DNA of 64,000 nucleotides from Nitrospira japonica (GTDB lineage Bacteria > Nitrospirota > Thermodesulfovibrionia > UBA6902), in NCBI GenBank assembly GCA_020723105.1, contig DYJL01000008.1:10564-74563 (forward strand), in the 5' to 3' direction. Each line of letters opens with the position of its first letter. Positions within the stretch are counted from its first letter, which is position 1. The translations under genes were made by a program, and so were the position numbers. Of the stretch, positions 1 through 10,100 are shown one piece after another. The notes below the pieces were generated by a model. It was not told where the DNA came from. It saw only the letters and a program-made list of their open reading frames with translations, and searched no databases.

Positions 1-1
1 G

Positions 2-1270
2 GGAATAGATGTAAGCGGAAGTATGAAAGGGGTGCCAATAATGGAGGCAAAAAGATCGGCATCAATATTTCTGGATCAGCTTGATAAAAAAGATTTTGTT
101 TCAATCATGAGCTTTGGAAGTAAAGTCATGTTCCTTACCGATTTTACCGAGAAAAAACATGAAGCAAGGGCGAAAATAGAGAGTCTTATTGCCAACGAAC
201 AGTGGACATGGCTGTATCAGGCCACTTATGAAGGGCTGGATAAGGCATCCAGAGCGCCAACCTCAAGAGTTGCTGTAGTGCTTCTCACTGACGGCAAGGA
301 TGAGGGCAGCCATAGGACTGAGGAAGAGGTGGTAGCGAGAATTGGTGGAACGCAGGTGCCTGTGTATACGCTTGGTTTCGGCCAAAATGCGCAGGTGGAA
401 TATCTTAAGAGAATAGCAGGTATAAGTAGGGGATATTTTCTTTTCACTCCAAATGCAGAGGATCTCTCAAAACTATATAGCATGGTGATAGACCAACTGA
501 AAAACCAGTATTTAATCAGATTTAGTCTTACAGGCCCTGCTGGTAACTATACCAGCATCGTAAAGCTTAATTATCGGGGGAAAGTAATAACAGCTCGCAG
601 GGGTTTCATGCATTTTATTGTCGGGCCGGAACCGGGTAGAAGTTTGAATCCGAAATTATGGCTGGGAATAATAACTTTGGTTTTTGTTATTGCAGGTGCG
701 GTCTTTTTTATAGCAAATCGTAAAAAACAAGGACACAAACAACCGCAAGAGAATGGGTCAATACCTGAAGTAAGTATAATGGCAAACAAAAAGATCAATC
801 CGATCGGTTTTTTTTCGGACACCTCGAAAGATTTCACGAAAACAGTTATAACCCCTTCACAGTCAAGGGGTGAGGTGGGTTTTGAAATAGATATACCACC
901 TATTCCGTTCACATTTTCCCTTGCAGACAAAAGAAATAAGAAAGAATATAACGAGGTTATAATAACCCGATATGATAAAGATAAAGAACACTTATTTTCC
1001 AATGAGAAAGTATATCTATTATTTTCAGACAGTTCAGTGTCGCGTCCTGACGAGGGAAGAGAAGGGCATGCCAAGATCTTTGTTGATGAAAGCACACAAA
1101 CATACAAATTGGAAGATCTGGGAAGTGCCTCAGGTACCAGAATCAACAATTACGGGCTGTTAAGGAATGGGGAAGTATGGGTCCTTACAGACGGAGATAT
1201 AGTCATTGTTGGGCATACATCCTTGCAGTTTTATGATAAGAGGCAATTAACTGCTGATACAACATTTTGA
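2..1270 (+). CDS. vWA-TM-FHA protein (5' end outside window)
   Basis: Frame is open from the window edge (nt 2-22 encode GIDVSGS with no stop). GIDVSGSM matches the vWA MIDAS motif DxSxS. A single TM segment follows (LWLGIITLVFVIAGAVFFIA). The C-terminal FHA signature is GSASGTRINNYGL...GDIVIVG. Confidence 0.6.
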   Translation, partial: GIDVSGSMKGVPIMEAKRSASIFLDQLDKKDFVSIMSFGSKVMFLTDFTEKKHEARAKIESLIANEQWTWLYQATYEGLDKASRAPTSRVAVVLLTDGKDEGSHRTEEEVVARIGGTQVPVYTLGFGQNAQVEYLKRIAGISRGYFLFTPNAEDLSKLYSMVIDQLKNQYLIRFSLTGPAGNYTSIVKLNYRGKVITARRGFMHFIVGPEPGRSLNPKLWLGIITLVFVIAGAVFFIANRKKQGHKQPQENGSIPEVSIMANKKINPIGFFSDTSKDFTKTVITPSQSRGEVGFEIDIPPIPFTFSLADKRNKKEYNEVIITRYDKDKEHLFSNEKVYLLFSDSSVSRPDEGREGHAKIFVDESTQTYKLEDLGSASGTRINNYGLLRNGEVWVLTDGDIVIVGHTSLQFYDKRQLTADTTF

Positions 1271-1282
1271 GGAGACAAGCTG

Positions 1283-1921
1283 ATGAATGAAAATGATAAT
1301 AAAACAAACAGAAAATCAGGCAATATTGCTGACTGGATAAATGAACAGAAAAAACACAAGGAACAGCATGGTCGAGGAAAAGATGAAGCAGACAATATCT
1401 GGCCGCCGGAACCGGTAAAACGAAAAGTTGCTGAGAACATGAAGAATCAGAGAACTGAAACAATGCAGGTACACAGCCATGATAAAGAGGATAAAAAAAC
1501 ACCGATCAATAACAGACAAGATGTGGCAGACAATATTGGGCTGCCAACACAGATTGATGGATTACCGCAAGGTATATATGCACATTTTTTGCTGACAAAC
1601 ATATCAGGACTGGGAAGGAAAAAAGGTATACCACGTTATATGAAGCTTGAAAAGACCAAAACGCTTATAGGGAAATATGCAAGTGCCCACATAAGACTTG
1701 ATGACGAAGACACTATTGAAATCAAACATGCAAAAATTATCTTTGAAGATACTGGTGGGAAGAAAGATTTTGTTATTTACCCTATAAATAATGCCAGTTT
1801 GTCTGTAAATGGCAGCACAGTGTCAGATAGCGGCATTGTATTACACAGTGGGGATACGGTAGAAATAGGCAGTGCAGAGCTCATCTTTTTCTATAAAGAT
1901 ATTAAAAGGAACCTATCATGA
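1283..1921 (+). CDS. FHA-domain protein
   Basis: C-terminal FHA motif: GKYASAHIRLDD...SLSVNGSTVSDSGIVLHSGDTVEIG. The polar N-terminal half is low-complexity. A 12-nt gap separates it from the upstream gene, and it overlaps the downstream gene (ATGA). Confidence 0.55.
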   Translation: MNENDNKTNRKSGNIADWINEQKKHKEQHGRGKDEADNIWPPEPVKRKVAENMKNQRTETMQVHSHDKEDKKTPINNRQDVADNIGLPTQIDGLPQGIYAHFLLTNISGLGRKKGIPRYMKLEKTKTLIGKYASAHIRLDDEDTIEIKHAKIIFEDTGGKKDFVIYPINNASLSVNGSTVSDSGIVLHSGDTVEIGSAELIFFYKDIKRNLS

Positions 1922-2643
1922 AAATAGGTCGTATAAGTGACTGTGGCATTGCAAGAGAACAGAACGAAGACTCATATATTATTGACGAAGCGATAGGACT
2001 GTATTTGGTTGCTGACGGGGTAGGAGGACATCAGGCAGGTGAAATAGCCAGCAGAACAGGAGCTGAAACTATTTGCAGAACAATAAAGAATAAACTTGCT
2101 GATCAAGATGGACAGAGTATAGAGTTAATAATAAAAGAGGCTATTGACAGCGCCAATAGGGAAGTATTAAATCAGGCGACAAGTAATTCTAACTTCCACG
2201 GTATGGGTTCTACAGTGGTTTTAGGATTATACAGGAATGACAAACTCTATATTGCACACGTAGGAGACAGCCGGGCCTATTTGATCAATTCTAATGATAT
2301 TATACTTTTGACGGAAGACCATTCTATCGTTGCCAGCCTTGTAAGAGCAGGAAAGATTACAGAAAAAGAGGCAAGAAATCACAACATGCGCCACATCATT
2401 ACACAGTGCCTGGGCAGTCAGGAATATTTTGGTCCTGAAATAAAAATTATTGATTTTAAAAAGGATGATACCCTCCTGTTATGCTCAGACGGGCTTACCG
2501 ATATGGTTGAAGATAGTAAGATTAAAAAGACTGTGCTCAAAAAAAGGAAAGACCTGCAGGATTGTGCCTGGGAATTAGTGAGATTAGCCAACAAGAACGG
2601 CGGACTGGATAATATAACCATTATTTTGGCAGAAAAAAATTAA
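1918..2643 (+). CDS. PP2C-family Ser/Thr protein phosphatase
   Basis: PP2C motifs are present: LYLVADGVGGHQAGEIAS, GMGSTVVLGLY, HVGDSRAYL and LLLCSDGLTDMV. Confidence 0.8.
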   Translation: MKIGRISDCGIAREQNEDSYIIDEAIGLYLVADGVGGHQAGEIASRTGAETICRTIKNKLADQDGQSIELIIKEAIDSANREVLNQATSNSNFHGMGSTVVLGLYRNDKLYIAHVGDSRAYLINSNDIILLTEDHSIVASLVRAGKITEKEARNHNMRHIITQCLGSQEYFGPEIKIIDFKKDDTLLLCSDGLTDMVEDSKIKKTVLKKRKDLQDCAWELVRLANKNGGLDNITIILAEKN

Positions 2644-2655
2644 AGAAATTAAGAA

Positions 2656-3606
2656 ATGTATGGAGGATTCTATATGAATTTTAAAAAGATAAAATTGGAT
2701 TTTGAAAACACTTTTGTGGTGTTTGCTACGGGTGCATTATTAACAGGGTTGATATTCCTGATCTTATACTTTCTACCCAACACTGTTTATTTGCGTATCT
2801 TCTTTTACAGAAGCTGGTATGTACAGTCAATAACAACATGGCTTTTCTGCACAGCAGTCCTATTTGTGATATTTAAATATATGCGTCTTAAGGTAGAAAG
2901 AAGTATCCTTGACAATAAGGTAATTATAGAACGGCTCGACTCCATTACTCTTCAGCACGCAAGAGATGTATTGGAGAAAATACCTGAAAAATACAGGGAT
3001 ACCATCAGTTTCAGACGTATAAGTGAGCTTTTGAGGGGATATATACATAGAGAAGAGGTGGTAAGACTCAATCAGGAACTTTCAAGGAGGGATGTAGAAC
3101 AGATAGAAGGAGGGCATCTTGTTTTAAACTCACTGAAACAGCTTGTCCCGGTACTTGGTTTTCTCGGGACCGTCATTGGTTTATCTTTGGGAATGGTAAA
3201 TTTTTCTGATGTATCCGAAACCGTCGGCAACATAGAAAGTTTGAGGGTTAAATTAAAAGACCTTGCTGCATCCCTCAGCGTTGCCTTTGATACGACACTG
3301 TTAGGACTTGGTTATACGATCGTGCTTGTATTGATTTCATCATTATTAAGACGCAAAGAGGAGTCTTTTATTGCTGATGTAGATAACAAGTCCAGGGCGC
3401 TGATCACGAAATTAAGATATTTTTCAGATGCAGCGGAAAGGTCAGAAGGCAGTCACGATGGTGGTTATGGCAAGGAAATTGTAAATGCTCTCCGTCAGAA
3501 TGGAGACGCCATTTTGAAAAAGTTGGATGAGTTGAAGGACGGCTTACAAAAACCGCCTCACTACGAAATTATTGTTCAGCCTGTAAAAGGAAAAGATGTT
3601 GAATAA
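2656..3606 (+). CDS. MotA/TolQ/ExbB-family proton channel protein
   Basis: There are 2 N-terminal TMs and a cytoplasmic loop. The family-typical motif VPVLGFLGTVIGL sits in TM3, and TM4 has A..L..T..GL..I spacing (LAASLSVAFDTTLLGLGYTIVL). Confidence 0.65.
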   Translation: MYGGFYMNFKKIKLDFENTFVVFATGALLTGLIFLILYFLPNTVYLRIFFYRSWYVQSITTWLFCTAVLFVIFKYMRLKVERSILDNKVIIERLDSITLQHARDVLEKIPEKYRDTISFRRISELLRGYIHREEVVRLNQELSRRDVEQIEGGHLVLNSLKQLVPVLGFLGTVIGLSLGMVNFSDVSETVGNIESLRVKLKDLAASLSVAFDTTLLGLGYTIVLVLISSLLRRKEESFIADVDNKSRALITKLRYFSDAAERSEGSHDGGYGKEIVNALRQNGDAILKKLDELKDGLQKPPHYEIIVQPVKGKDVE

Positions 3607-4546
3607 GAAAGGAAGCATAGAGATACTCATGCTGCTGGGCTGTCTGGTCGGGGTTATTGTCTTTCTGAGCTTTGCAATGGGGGTTTTAAGTCTTGCTTCT
3701 AAAATAGAAAAGGATAATATTCCGGACCATTCCAGATTATTGGAGAAACGGAAGAATTTACTGGAAGAAAAAAAGAAGAAAGAAGAAGATGTTGCGAATC
3801 TTACAAAAGAGAGCGGAGAATTAAGAAATAAAATATCGGAAAAAGAGAAGGATTTTGAAAAAATAAAATTGCCTGAAAAAGAGCAGGAGAAAAAAGAGGA
3901 ATTGATCAGTCTTAAGAAACGGCTCGATGAATTACTTAGACTGATAAAGACTAAACAGGATGAGCTTGAAAAAATCAAACAGGAGTTGGCCGGATTAGAA
4001 GAATATGGAAAAAAAGAAGAAGACCTTAAGAAATTAAGAGAAGAACTGGAGGCATTAAAAAGGAAAAAGAAAGATAAAGAAGAAGAAATAGCAAAAACAT
4101 CTTTTTATAAAAATAATGCAATGATAAAGGAAATAGAAGAACTCAGGAAGGCGATTAAAGAAGCTGAAGAAAAAATGAAAGAGCTGAAAAATAAACTAAA
4201 GGAGGGAAATGATCCCGTATTGGAGGGCATCAGAGGAAGCCTTTCTATAAAAAATCCCCTTTTTGTTGAATGTAAGAATAATATGATTATATTGCACCCG
4301 GATAAAAAAGCCCTGACTGTTTCTGACCTGGGGAAGAACAATACTTTTTCGAATATTAATGTTACGCATAGAGGTATCGTGTTTTTCATAAGGCCGGATG
4401 GTTTTGATACTTTCAACGAAAGTTTTGGACTTGCACAAAAAATAGCAGATAAATCTAATTTGGACCTTGCTTATGAGCCTATTGATTCAGATTATGATCT
4501 TGATTCTTTAATCGAAAAACTGGGGAAAAGAAATGAAAAGAGATGA
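3596..4546 (+). CDS. TolR/ExbD-like single-TM protein with long K/E-rich coiled-coil stalk
   Basis: N-terminal TM (IEILMLLGCLVGVIVFLSFA) is followed by ~190 aa of heptad-like K/E/L repeats. The C-terminal domain (NPLFVECKNNMIILHPDKK...GIVFFIRPDGFDTFNESFGLAQKIADKSNLDL) resembles the ExbD/TolR periplasmic fold pattern. It overlaps the upstream gene by 11 nt. Confidence 0.45.
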   Translation: MLNKKGSIEILMLLGCLVGVIVFLSFAMGVLSLASKIEKDNIPDHSRLLEKRKNLLEEKKKKEEDVANLTKESGELRNKISEKEKDFEKIKLPEKEQEKKEELISLKKRLDELLRLIKTKQDELEKIKQELAGLEEYGKKEEDLKKLREELEALKRKKKDKEEEIAKTSFYKNNAMIKEIEELRKAIKEAEEKMKELKNKLKEGNDPVLEGIRGSLSIKNPLFVECKNNMIILHPDKKALTVSDLGKNNTFSNINVTHRGIVFFIRPDGFDTFNESFGLAQKIADKSNLDLAYEPIDSDYDLDSLIEKLGKRNEKR

Positions 4547-5606
4547 TTTTTCTTTTCTCAAGCTTTTTGAAGACCCGCTTATGACAATCATTGCCATTGT
4601 ACTGTTCAGCACGGTCTGGATGATACTACCCAAAGAGACAAAGCCCGTTGACGCTAAGGTGTATCTTACCCTTGATGAACTTGAAACTCTGAAGAGAGAG
4701 ATTGATTCGCTCGATAAAACAATAAAAAAACTGAAAATGGAAATTAAGCGGCGGAACGAAGAGATCAAATGGATTGAGAGCAGGATAGAAGAAACTGTAA
4801 ATGAGAAAATCAAAGACGTCCAGGGAAAAAATACAGAGCAGTTAAAGAACGAAGCTGCAGCGACAATAGACAGGATCAAGAAAGAAAAAGAGGAACTCAA
4901 CCGCCTGGAAGAGGAATTGGAAAAAGCAAAAATGAAGCTGGCTCAAATTAAAGGTAAAGATAATAGTGAACTTATCATAGAAACAATAAGAATGAAAAAA
5001 GAAATTGAAAAAATTAAAGAAGATATCGGCCTGTTGGAAGAGAGAATAAGACTGGCTTTAAAAGACCTGAAAAAAGAAAAAGACAATAAGAATACCCAGG
5101 AGAATTTGATTGCTCAACTGCAAAATGAATTAAAGACAAAACAGACTGAAGTTGGGCAACTTGAAGAACAGGTAAAAGGAATAGGGACAGGAGGAGGATT
5201 TAAACCAATTGTTAAATCTGAGAAAAACCCTTTCTTTATAGAACTGGTAAACAATCATTTGTTTCCCGTAGATGATGTCCATTATGAAGCTGAATATGGT
5301 TATATAAAAATCAAGGATGGCAGAACAGTGCAGGCATCCAAAAAAATCCGAAAGTCTTCCAGCGGTGAACATATCAGCAAAATTGAGAATTCTGAAAGCA
5401 ACTTCAATAACATATTGAAAAAACTTGATGTTAGTAAAGAACGTATTATCTTCTTAGTCCATAATAATTCTTTTGAGATCTTCAGAAAAGCGAGGGCGAT
5501 AGCTTTAAAAAAGGGGATCGAAACAGGCTGGTGGACACGCGAAGGTGATTCAATAATAATCACTTATGGCGGAGGCGGGACAGACATAGGCTCCTACAAA
5601 GAATGA
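4533..5606 (+). CDS. TolR/ExbD-like single-TM protein with long coiled-coil stalk (paralogue of 3596-4546)
   Basis: N-terminal TM has an acidic residue at its start (FEDPLMTIIAIVLFSTVWMIL), like the conserved Asp of ExbD/TolR. About 200 aa of K/E-rich coiled coil follow. The C-terminal domain (NPFFIELVNNHLFPVDD...ERIIFLVHNNSFEIFRKARAIALKKGIETGW) resembles the ExbD/TolR domain. It overlaps the upstream gene by 14 nt. Confidence 0.5.
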   Translation: MKRDDFSFLKLFEDPLMTIIAIVLFSTVWMILPKETKPVDAKVYLTLDELETLKREIDSLDKTIKKLKMEIKRRNEEIKWIESRIEETVNEKIKDVQGKNTEQLKNEAAATIDRIKKEKEELNRLEEELEKAKMKLAQIKGKDNSELIIETIRMKKEIEKIKEDIGLLEERIRLALKDLKKEKDNKNTQENLIAQLQNELKTKQTEVGQLEEQVKGIGTGGGFKPIVKSEKNPFFIELVNNHLFPVDDVHYEAEYGYIKIKDGRTVQASKKIRKSSSGEHISKIENSESNFNNILKKLDVSKERIIFLVHNNSFEIFRKARAIALKKGIETGWWTREGDSIIITYGGGGTDIGSYKE

Positions 5607-5690
5607 AAATAACTAACAGAGAGCAAGATAAAATACTTTTTCAGGAGAATTAGTCAGTAACAATTTTAATTGGAACAGGAGGGAACAAAA

Positions 5691-7079
5691 ATGAAATTAC
5701 ATCAAATCAAAAAAACAGTTTTCAGAAGCAGTATGCTGGTTTTACTGTTTCTTGTTGCTTTATTTATATTCAACCTTAAAATCTCAAACGCTCAATCCAC
5801 CCTGATAGTAAGTAAAGAAGTTGAGGGCGCAGTCCTTGCTGAAGACTGGGCAAAGGTTGCGAAATTGCTTGATGACGTGAAGGCAGAAACACCCGAACCG
5901 GTACTTCGACTGATCAAAGGACATGCTGATCTGGCATTGAACAGGAACAATGAGTCTTTATGTATGTTCATAAGCGTGGCTTCATCAGATAACGATCTTC
6001 AGGAGTGGGACAAGTGGACACGGGATTTTGCGGGAAGAAATCCAAAAAGCATAATTGCGTATTACTTCAGAGGAGATGCACTGGCAAGAATAAAGAAATG
6101 GGATGAGGCATTGACGGCATTTAACAAGGCTCTGGAACTTAATCCAAAACATGCGATGGTTTTGAATGCGAGAGGGGTTGTGTATGCGGCGAAGAGGGAT
6201 CTGACCCTTGCACGTAATGATTTCGATAATGCTATCAGCATCAACCAGTCTTTCGCAGATGCCTATGCAAATCTCGGTTCAAGATTTATACAGATGAAAG
6301 ACGGAGCGGAAGGAGCGATAAATGAATTTGATAAAGCGCTGAGGATTTCGCCAGGGTTCGCGCTTGCTCTCCATGGAAAGGGGAACGTGGAAGTAATTCT
6401 TTTTCAAATAGAGGAAGCAGAAAAAAATCTTAATAAGGCAAAGGAATATGGGACGTGCGGTAAGGAACTCTTTAATGAAAACATTATTAACATTGCAGCT
6501 TATGTTCATGGAGTGGATAAAAAGGAATTGATTGCAATGATTCCAAAAGATGGAGATGGAATAGGGATGTCATTAAAGAGAACATTTGAAAATCCTGTAG
6601 GTTCATCCGGGTTAAAGCAATTTGAGAATTCATTAAAGAATTTTGAGCGTTTTGGGGGTAAGCCTGGAGTTGGACAGTGGAGTTTTAATAGAGTTGGTGA
6701 AAGTTTCTATCATTTATCTCCTACTGAGAAAATTACAGCCAATAAAATGGTGGATAACTTCCTGGATAAGAATCCAAATTTAAGCAGGCATTTCTATGAA
6801 GGCGCAAAAGATTTCGCACATAATCCTATCAGAAGCTTTGGATACGAAGTAAAAGGGAAAATTGGTGGAACAATGGGTGGGATGGAAGCAGGAGTGAAAA
6901 TTCCCGCCTCTACTTCTGATCAAGCATATAGAGACATCGGCAAGGGGTTCCAAGATAAGGCTATGAATCGTATGAGTAATCTTCCGGAAGGCGTCCTTGC
7001 AAGCCTTGCCGATGCAAATTGGGATGAGGGTCAATGGCCGTTTGTAGAGTACTATGGCCTTATTTACAGCATGAAGTAA
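5691..7079 (+). CDS. Secreted TPR-repeat protein
   Basis: AGGAGGG lies 8 nt upstream of the ATG at 5691, so the longer 5670 start is disfavoured. A signal peptide is present (LVLLFLVALFIFNLKISNAQS). At least 5 TPR-like 34-aa units are visible (AYYFRGDALARIKKWDEALTAFNKALELNP, AMVLNARGVVYAAKRDLTLARNDFDNAISIN and others). Confidence 0.6.
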   Translation: MKLHQIKKTVFRSSMLVLLFLVALFIFNLKISNAQSTLIVSKEVEGAVLAEDWAKVAKLLDDVKAETPEPVLRLIKGHADLALNRNNESLCMFISVASSDNDLQEWDKWTRDFAGRNPKSIIAYYFRGDALARIKKWDEALTAFNKALELNPKHAMVLNARGVVYAAKRDLTLARNDFDNAISINQSFADAYANLGSRFIQMKDGAEGAINEFDKALRISPGFALALHGKGNVEVILFQIEEAEKNLNKAKEYGTCGKELFNENIINIAAYVHGVDKKELIAMIPKDGDGIGMSLKRTFENPVGSSGLKQFENSLKNFERFGGKPGVGQWSFNRVGESFYHLSPTEKITANKMVDNFLDKNPNLSRHFYEGAKDFAHNPIRSFGYEVKGKIGGTMGGMEAGVKIPASTSDQAYRDIGKGFQDKAMNRMSNLPEGVLASLADANWDEGQWPFVEYYGLIYSMK

Positions 7080-7104
7080 TAAATGTTTAATGCGGGGTAT
7101 TGGA

Positions 7105-10100
7105 ATGAAAACAGCTAAATCGAAAACATTGCTTTTTACATTTATTTCCGTCCTGTTTCTCTCTTGCATTGCATATGCGGACCAATTTATTGCCTTTTCC
7201 CTCAATAAAGCAGAAATGGAAATGAGAGAATCAGGACGTTCCCATAAAAACAGGTTATTCGAACTTGGAGGAATAACCCGGCCTGTTGGAATTGTATATG
7301 ATGCCAACCGCAGTGATTTGATTGTAGTTGGGCAGATAAATGAGAAAGAACAAAAAATATCTCTTGATGATTTTGTAGTTGCCTTGAGAGCGATTTCAGT
7401 GTACAAGGAATCTCCGTTGGTGAGCATTGACAGATCTGATGAGACTGAAACAACCAAAAGGCAAAGAGTGCGCTTTGAGGGGGGGATAGAAAATACTAAA
7501 TTCGGAAAAGACTTGCTTGAGGCGGATATCATTCTGAAAAAAATGGGAGTCGGGGAGCTGCGGACCGATATTTGGGGTGTTAAATCCTATGTCGATATGT
7601 CGGCGGAGTATTGGAATAAGACGGGGATTGAGGATTCAGTTTCCAGCCGATTCTGGTTTAAACCTTCAAAAGAAAAATCTTTTGTTGGCGTTCGCGATGG
7701 CGTAGTCATCGTAAAAAAATTAGTAATTGATGTAAAAACGGAAGTTATGGGAGCAATTAATTCACACCGACCTGTGGATGACCGAGCAGGAAGTTATGAT
7801 GAGATCGGAGATAGATTTGCCAGTGCAGTGGCAGCAAATATTGATGATATTGATTCATATTATTCTGAGGTAAAAAGGTTAGACCCTCTTTTTCGATTGG
7901 TTGGTCTGGCTGAGGGTATCAAAAGAGAGGCTTTCAACTTCAAACCTGATATAAATTTCTGGTTGAATGAATATAGAGTAGAACATATAGAAACGCTAAA
8001 GGATTATCCACTGTTAGTGAAAGAAAAGAGACTGGAAAAAAATGGGGAAAACCGTCAAATGACAATTAATGGCGGCATAGAATTAAGACCACTTCTTGTA
8101 GATCTTAATGCTGGTGTTGTAACAGCATTAAGAGATATTGTTATTAAATCCAGACCTGAAGGGAATCCGTTAATATGGAAATTGCCGCTTGAAGGATGGC
8201 AACTACCTGAGGATTCAAAAATAGATATTACTGCATTCGGTAAAAAGTTAAGAGATTCAACTGCGGGGGTAAACGGTATGAGCTTAACTAAGCGGATTTC
8301 CCCTGTTGATTCTCCCGGAAATCAGAAAATAAATTATAAATCATCTCCCCTGTCCGACGGGGGCTCAAACTTCAATTTTACAGATAGATTTTCTCCTCAG
8401 AAATACTCCCCTCACGTCGGCGGAGTTATGCTCCAGGGTGTAGCAAAGGTTTCAGGCGGGGAACAGGCGAAGGTTGATCTCACAAGCGGAAATTTTTCTT
8501 TGATCGTGGGCGGGCAGAATGCGCGGCTTGCACCCGAGGCATACAGAAAATTCATAACAGCGCTATGGTCTGTATATTACAGTCAGAAAGACCCCGGTAT
8601 TTCCATCGATCCGATCGGATGTTTTTATTTTGATCCCTATGACCCTGAAAGGGACAAAAAATTTGCGGAATGCCTGAAACGCTATGAGAAAAAGGAAGAG
8701 AAGCACATGGTCCGCTACATCGGCAAAGTGATCAACACGGACCTTGGGAGAGTCATGCGGGAGGCGGACTACGTGATGAAAAAGTGGTCGGTCGGAACAG
8801 AGAAGCCTGGTATTTCAGGATTCAAAAGCCCGGATGAATACAGGGGCTGGAAAACTACTGATAGCGAAGGATCGAGCCGCTTCTGGTTTGTCCCTGAAGA
8901 TATGAAGTTCAAACGTGGCGGTGACATGCTCCTTTTTGAGGACGGCAGGATGACAGTAAAAACAGAGTATATGTTTAAAAATGATGAAGGTGCACAGGCA
9001 GATCCGTACAACGAAAAGTTTGCCGGGTTCTTTACCGAACACTATGGAGAAATTGCCAATAAATATCCTGTCTATCAGGAACTTTTTGAATATGCGAAAA
9101 TGGTGAGCCTGGCCAAATATCTCAAAGAGCAGGGTCTTCCCATGTTCTGGTTCCTGATGGCTAACAAGGATCTGGTCATTACCGAGGATTCTCCCGGTAC
9201 TGTGGAAGCGCTGGCAAAGGGATCGGATTATTATAAAAACTTATATATAATGGGCGGAGTAGACCTTGGCTTTGATGCCAGACGCGAAGGCAATTATGTG
9301 TATGACCGTGAGGCAGTAAGGGCCATAAATGAAGCTGTTTCCAAGCTCCCTTTAAATGCTTATTCAAAAACCACACTATCTGCAGGGGACATAACTCCTG
9401 CGAGTTCAGAGCCGTTCTCCTTTAACCTTGGAAAGGACAGCTTCACTGTTGTCCCGCAACATTCGCTTACATCAGGCAAGGACAGACATGGGATCAGATA
9501 CCAGACAGACATAGCTTTAAGAGGGACAGGCTTACAACTGACCGGACGGGCGCTTGAGACTATAAAGAACAAAATTATTAGGTGGATGATGGTACAGGAA
9601 CTGAATCCGATATTACGGACTAAAGATACCACTAAATTATCTGAAGCTGAAATTGAAGCCCTTAATAAGAGAATTACAGAAGAAACAGAAAAAGCTAAAA
9701 CGAAAGCAGGAAAGATCATTGAAAAGATGGAGAGTTTAAAAAATATTAAATATACAGATGAAAATAAATTTGTAAAAGCTCTTGAAGAAACCATAGGCCG
9801 GGAAAAAACAGATATTTTTAAGAGAATGGTTATGGAATTTGCCTATTACAACACTAATCTGGACCTCGTACGCTATTTTAAACCGGGACAACAGGACATC
9901 GGAGAGTTCGGTAAAGGCTGGCATTTATTGATACCCTATCGTCTTAAACCCGCAGGCGATGCCAAAAGAAAATTCCTTAATGTGTTGATTCCGGAGAAGA
10001 TGGCTGTAGAAAACCAGCTTACCGGGGATCAAGAGGTGCTCACATTCAGTACAGACCGTTATACAGTTGCAGGTTATGTGCCTGCAAAACTTGAGTCGAG

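Noticed and set aside
3544-3978. 144-aa minus-strand ORF rich in S/F/L
   Set aside because: It is antisense to the K/E-rich coiled-coil gene. AAG/GAA repeats read as CTT/TTC on the other strand, so this is a low-complexity artefact. The same applies to 4508-4900(-).
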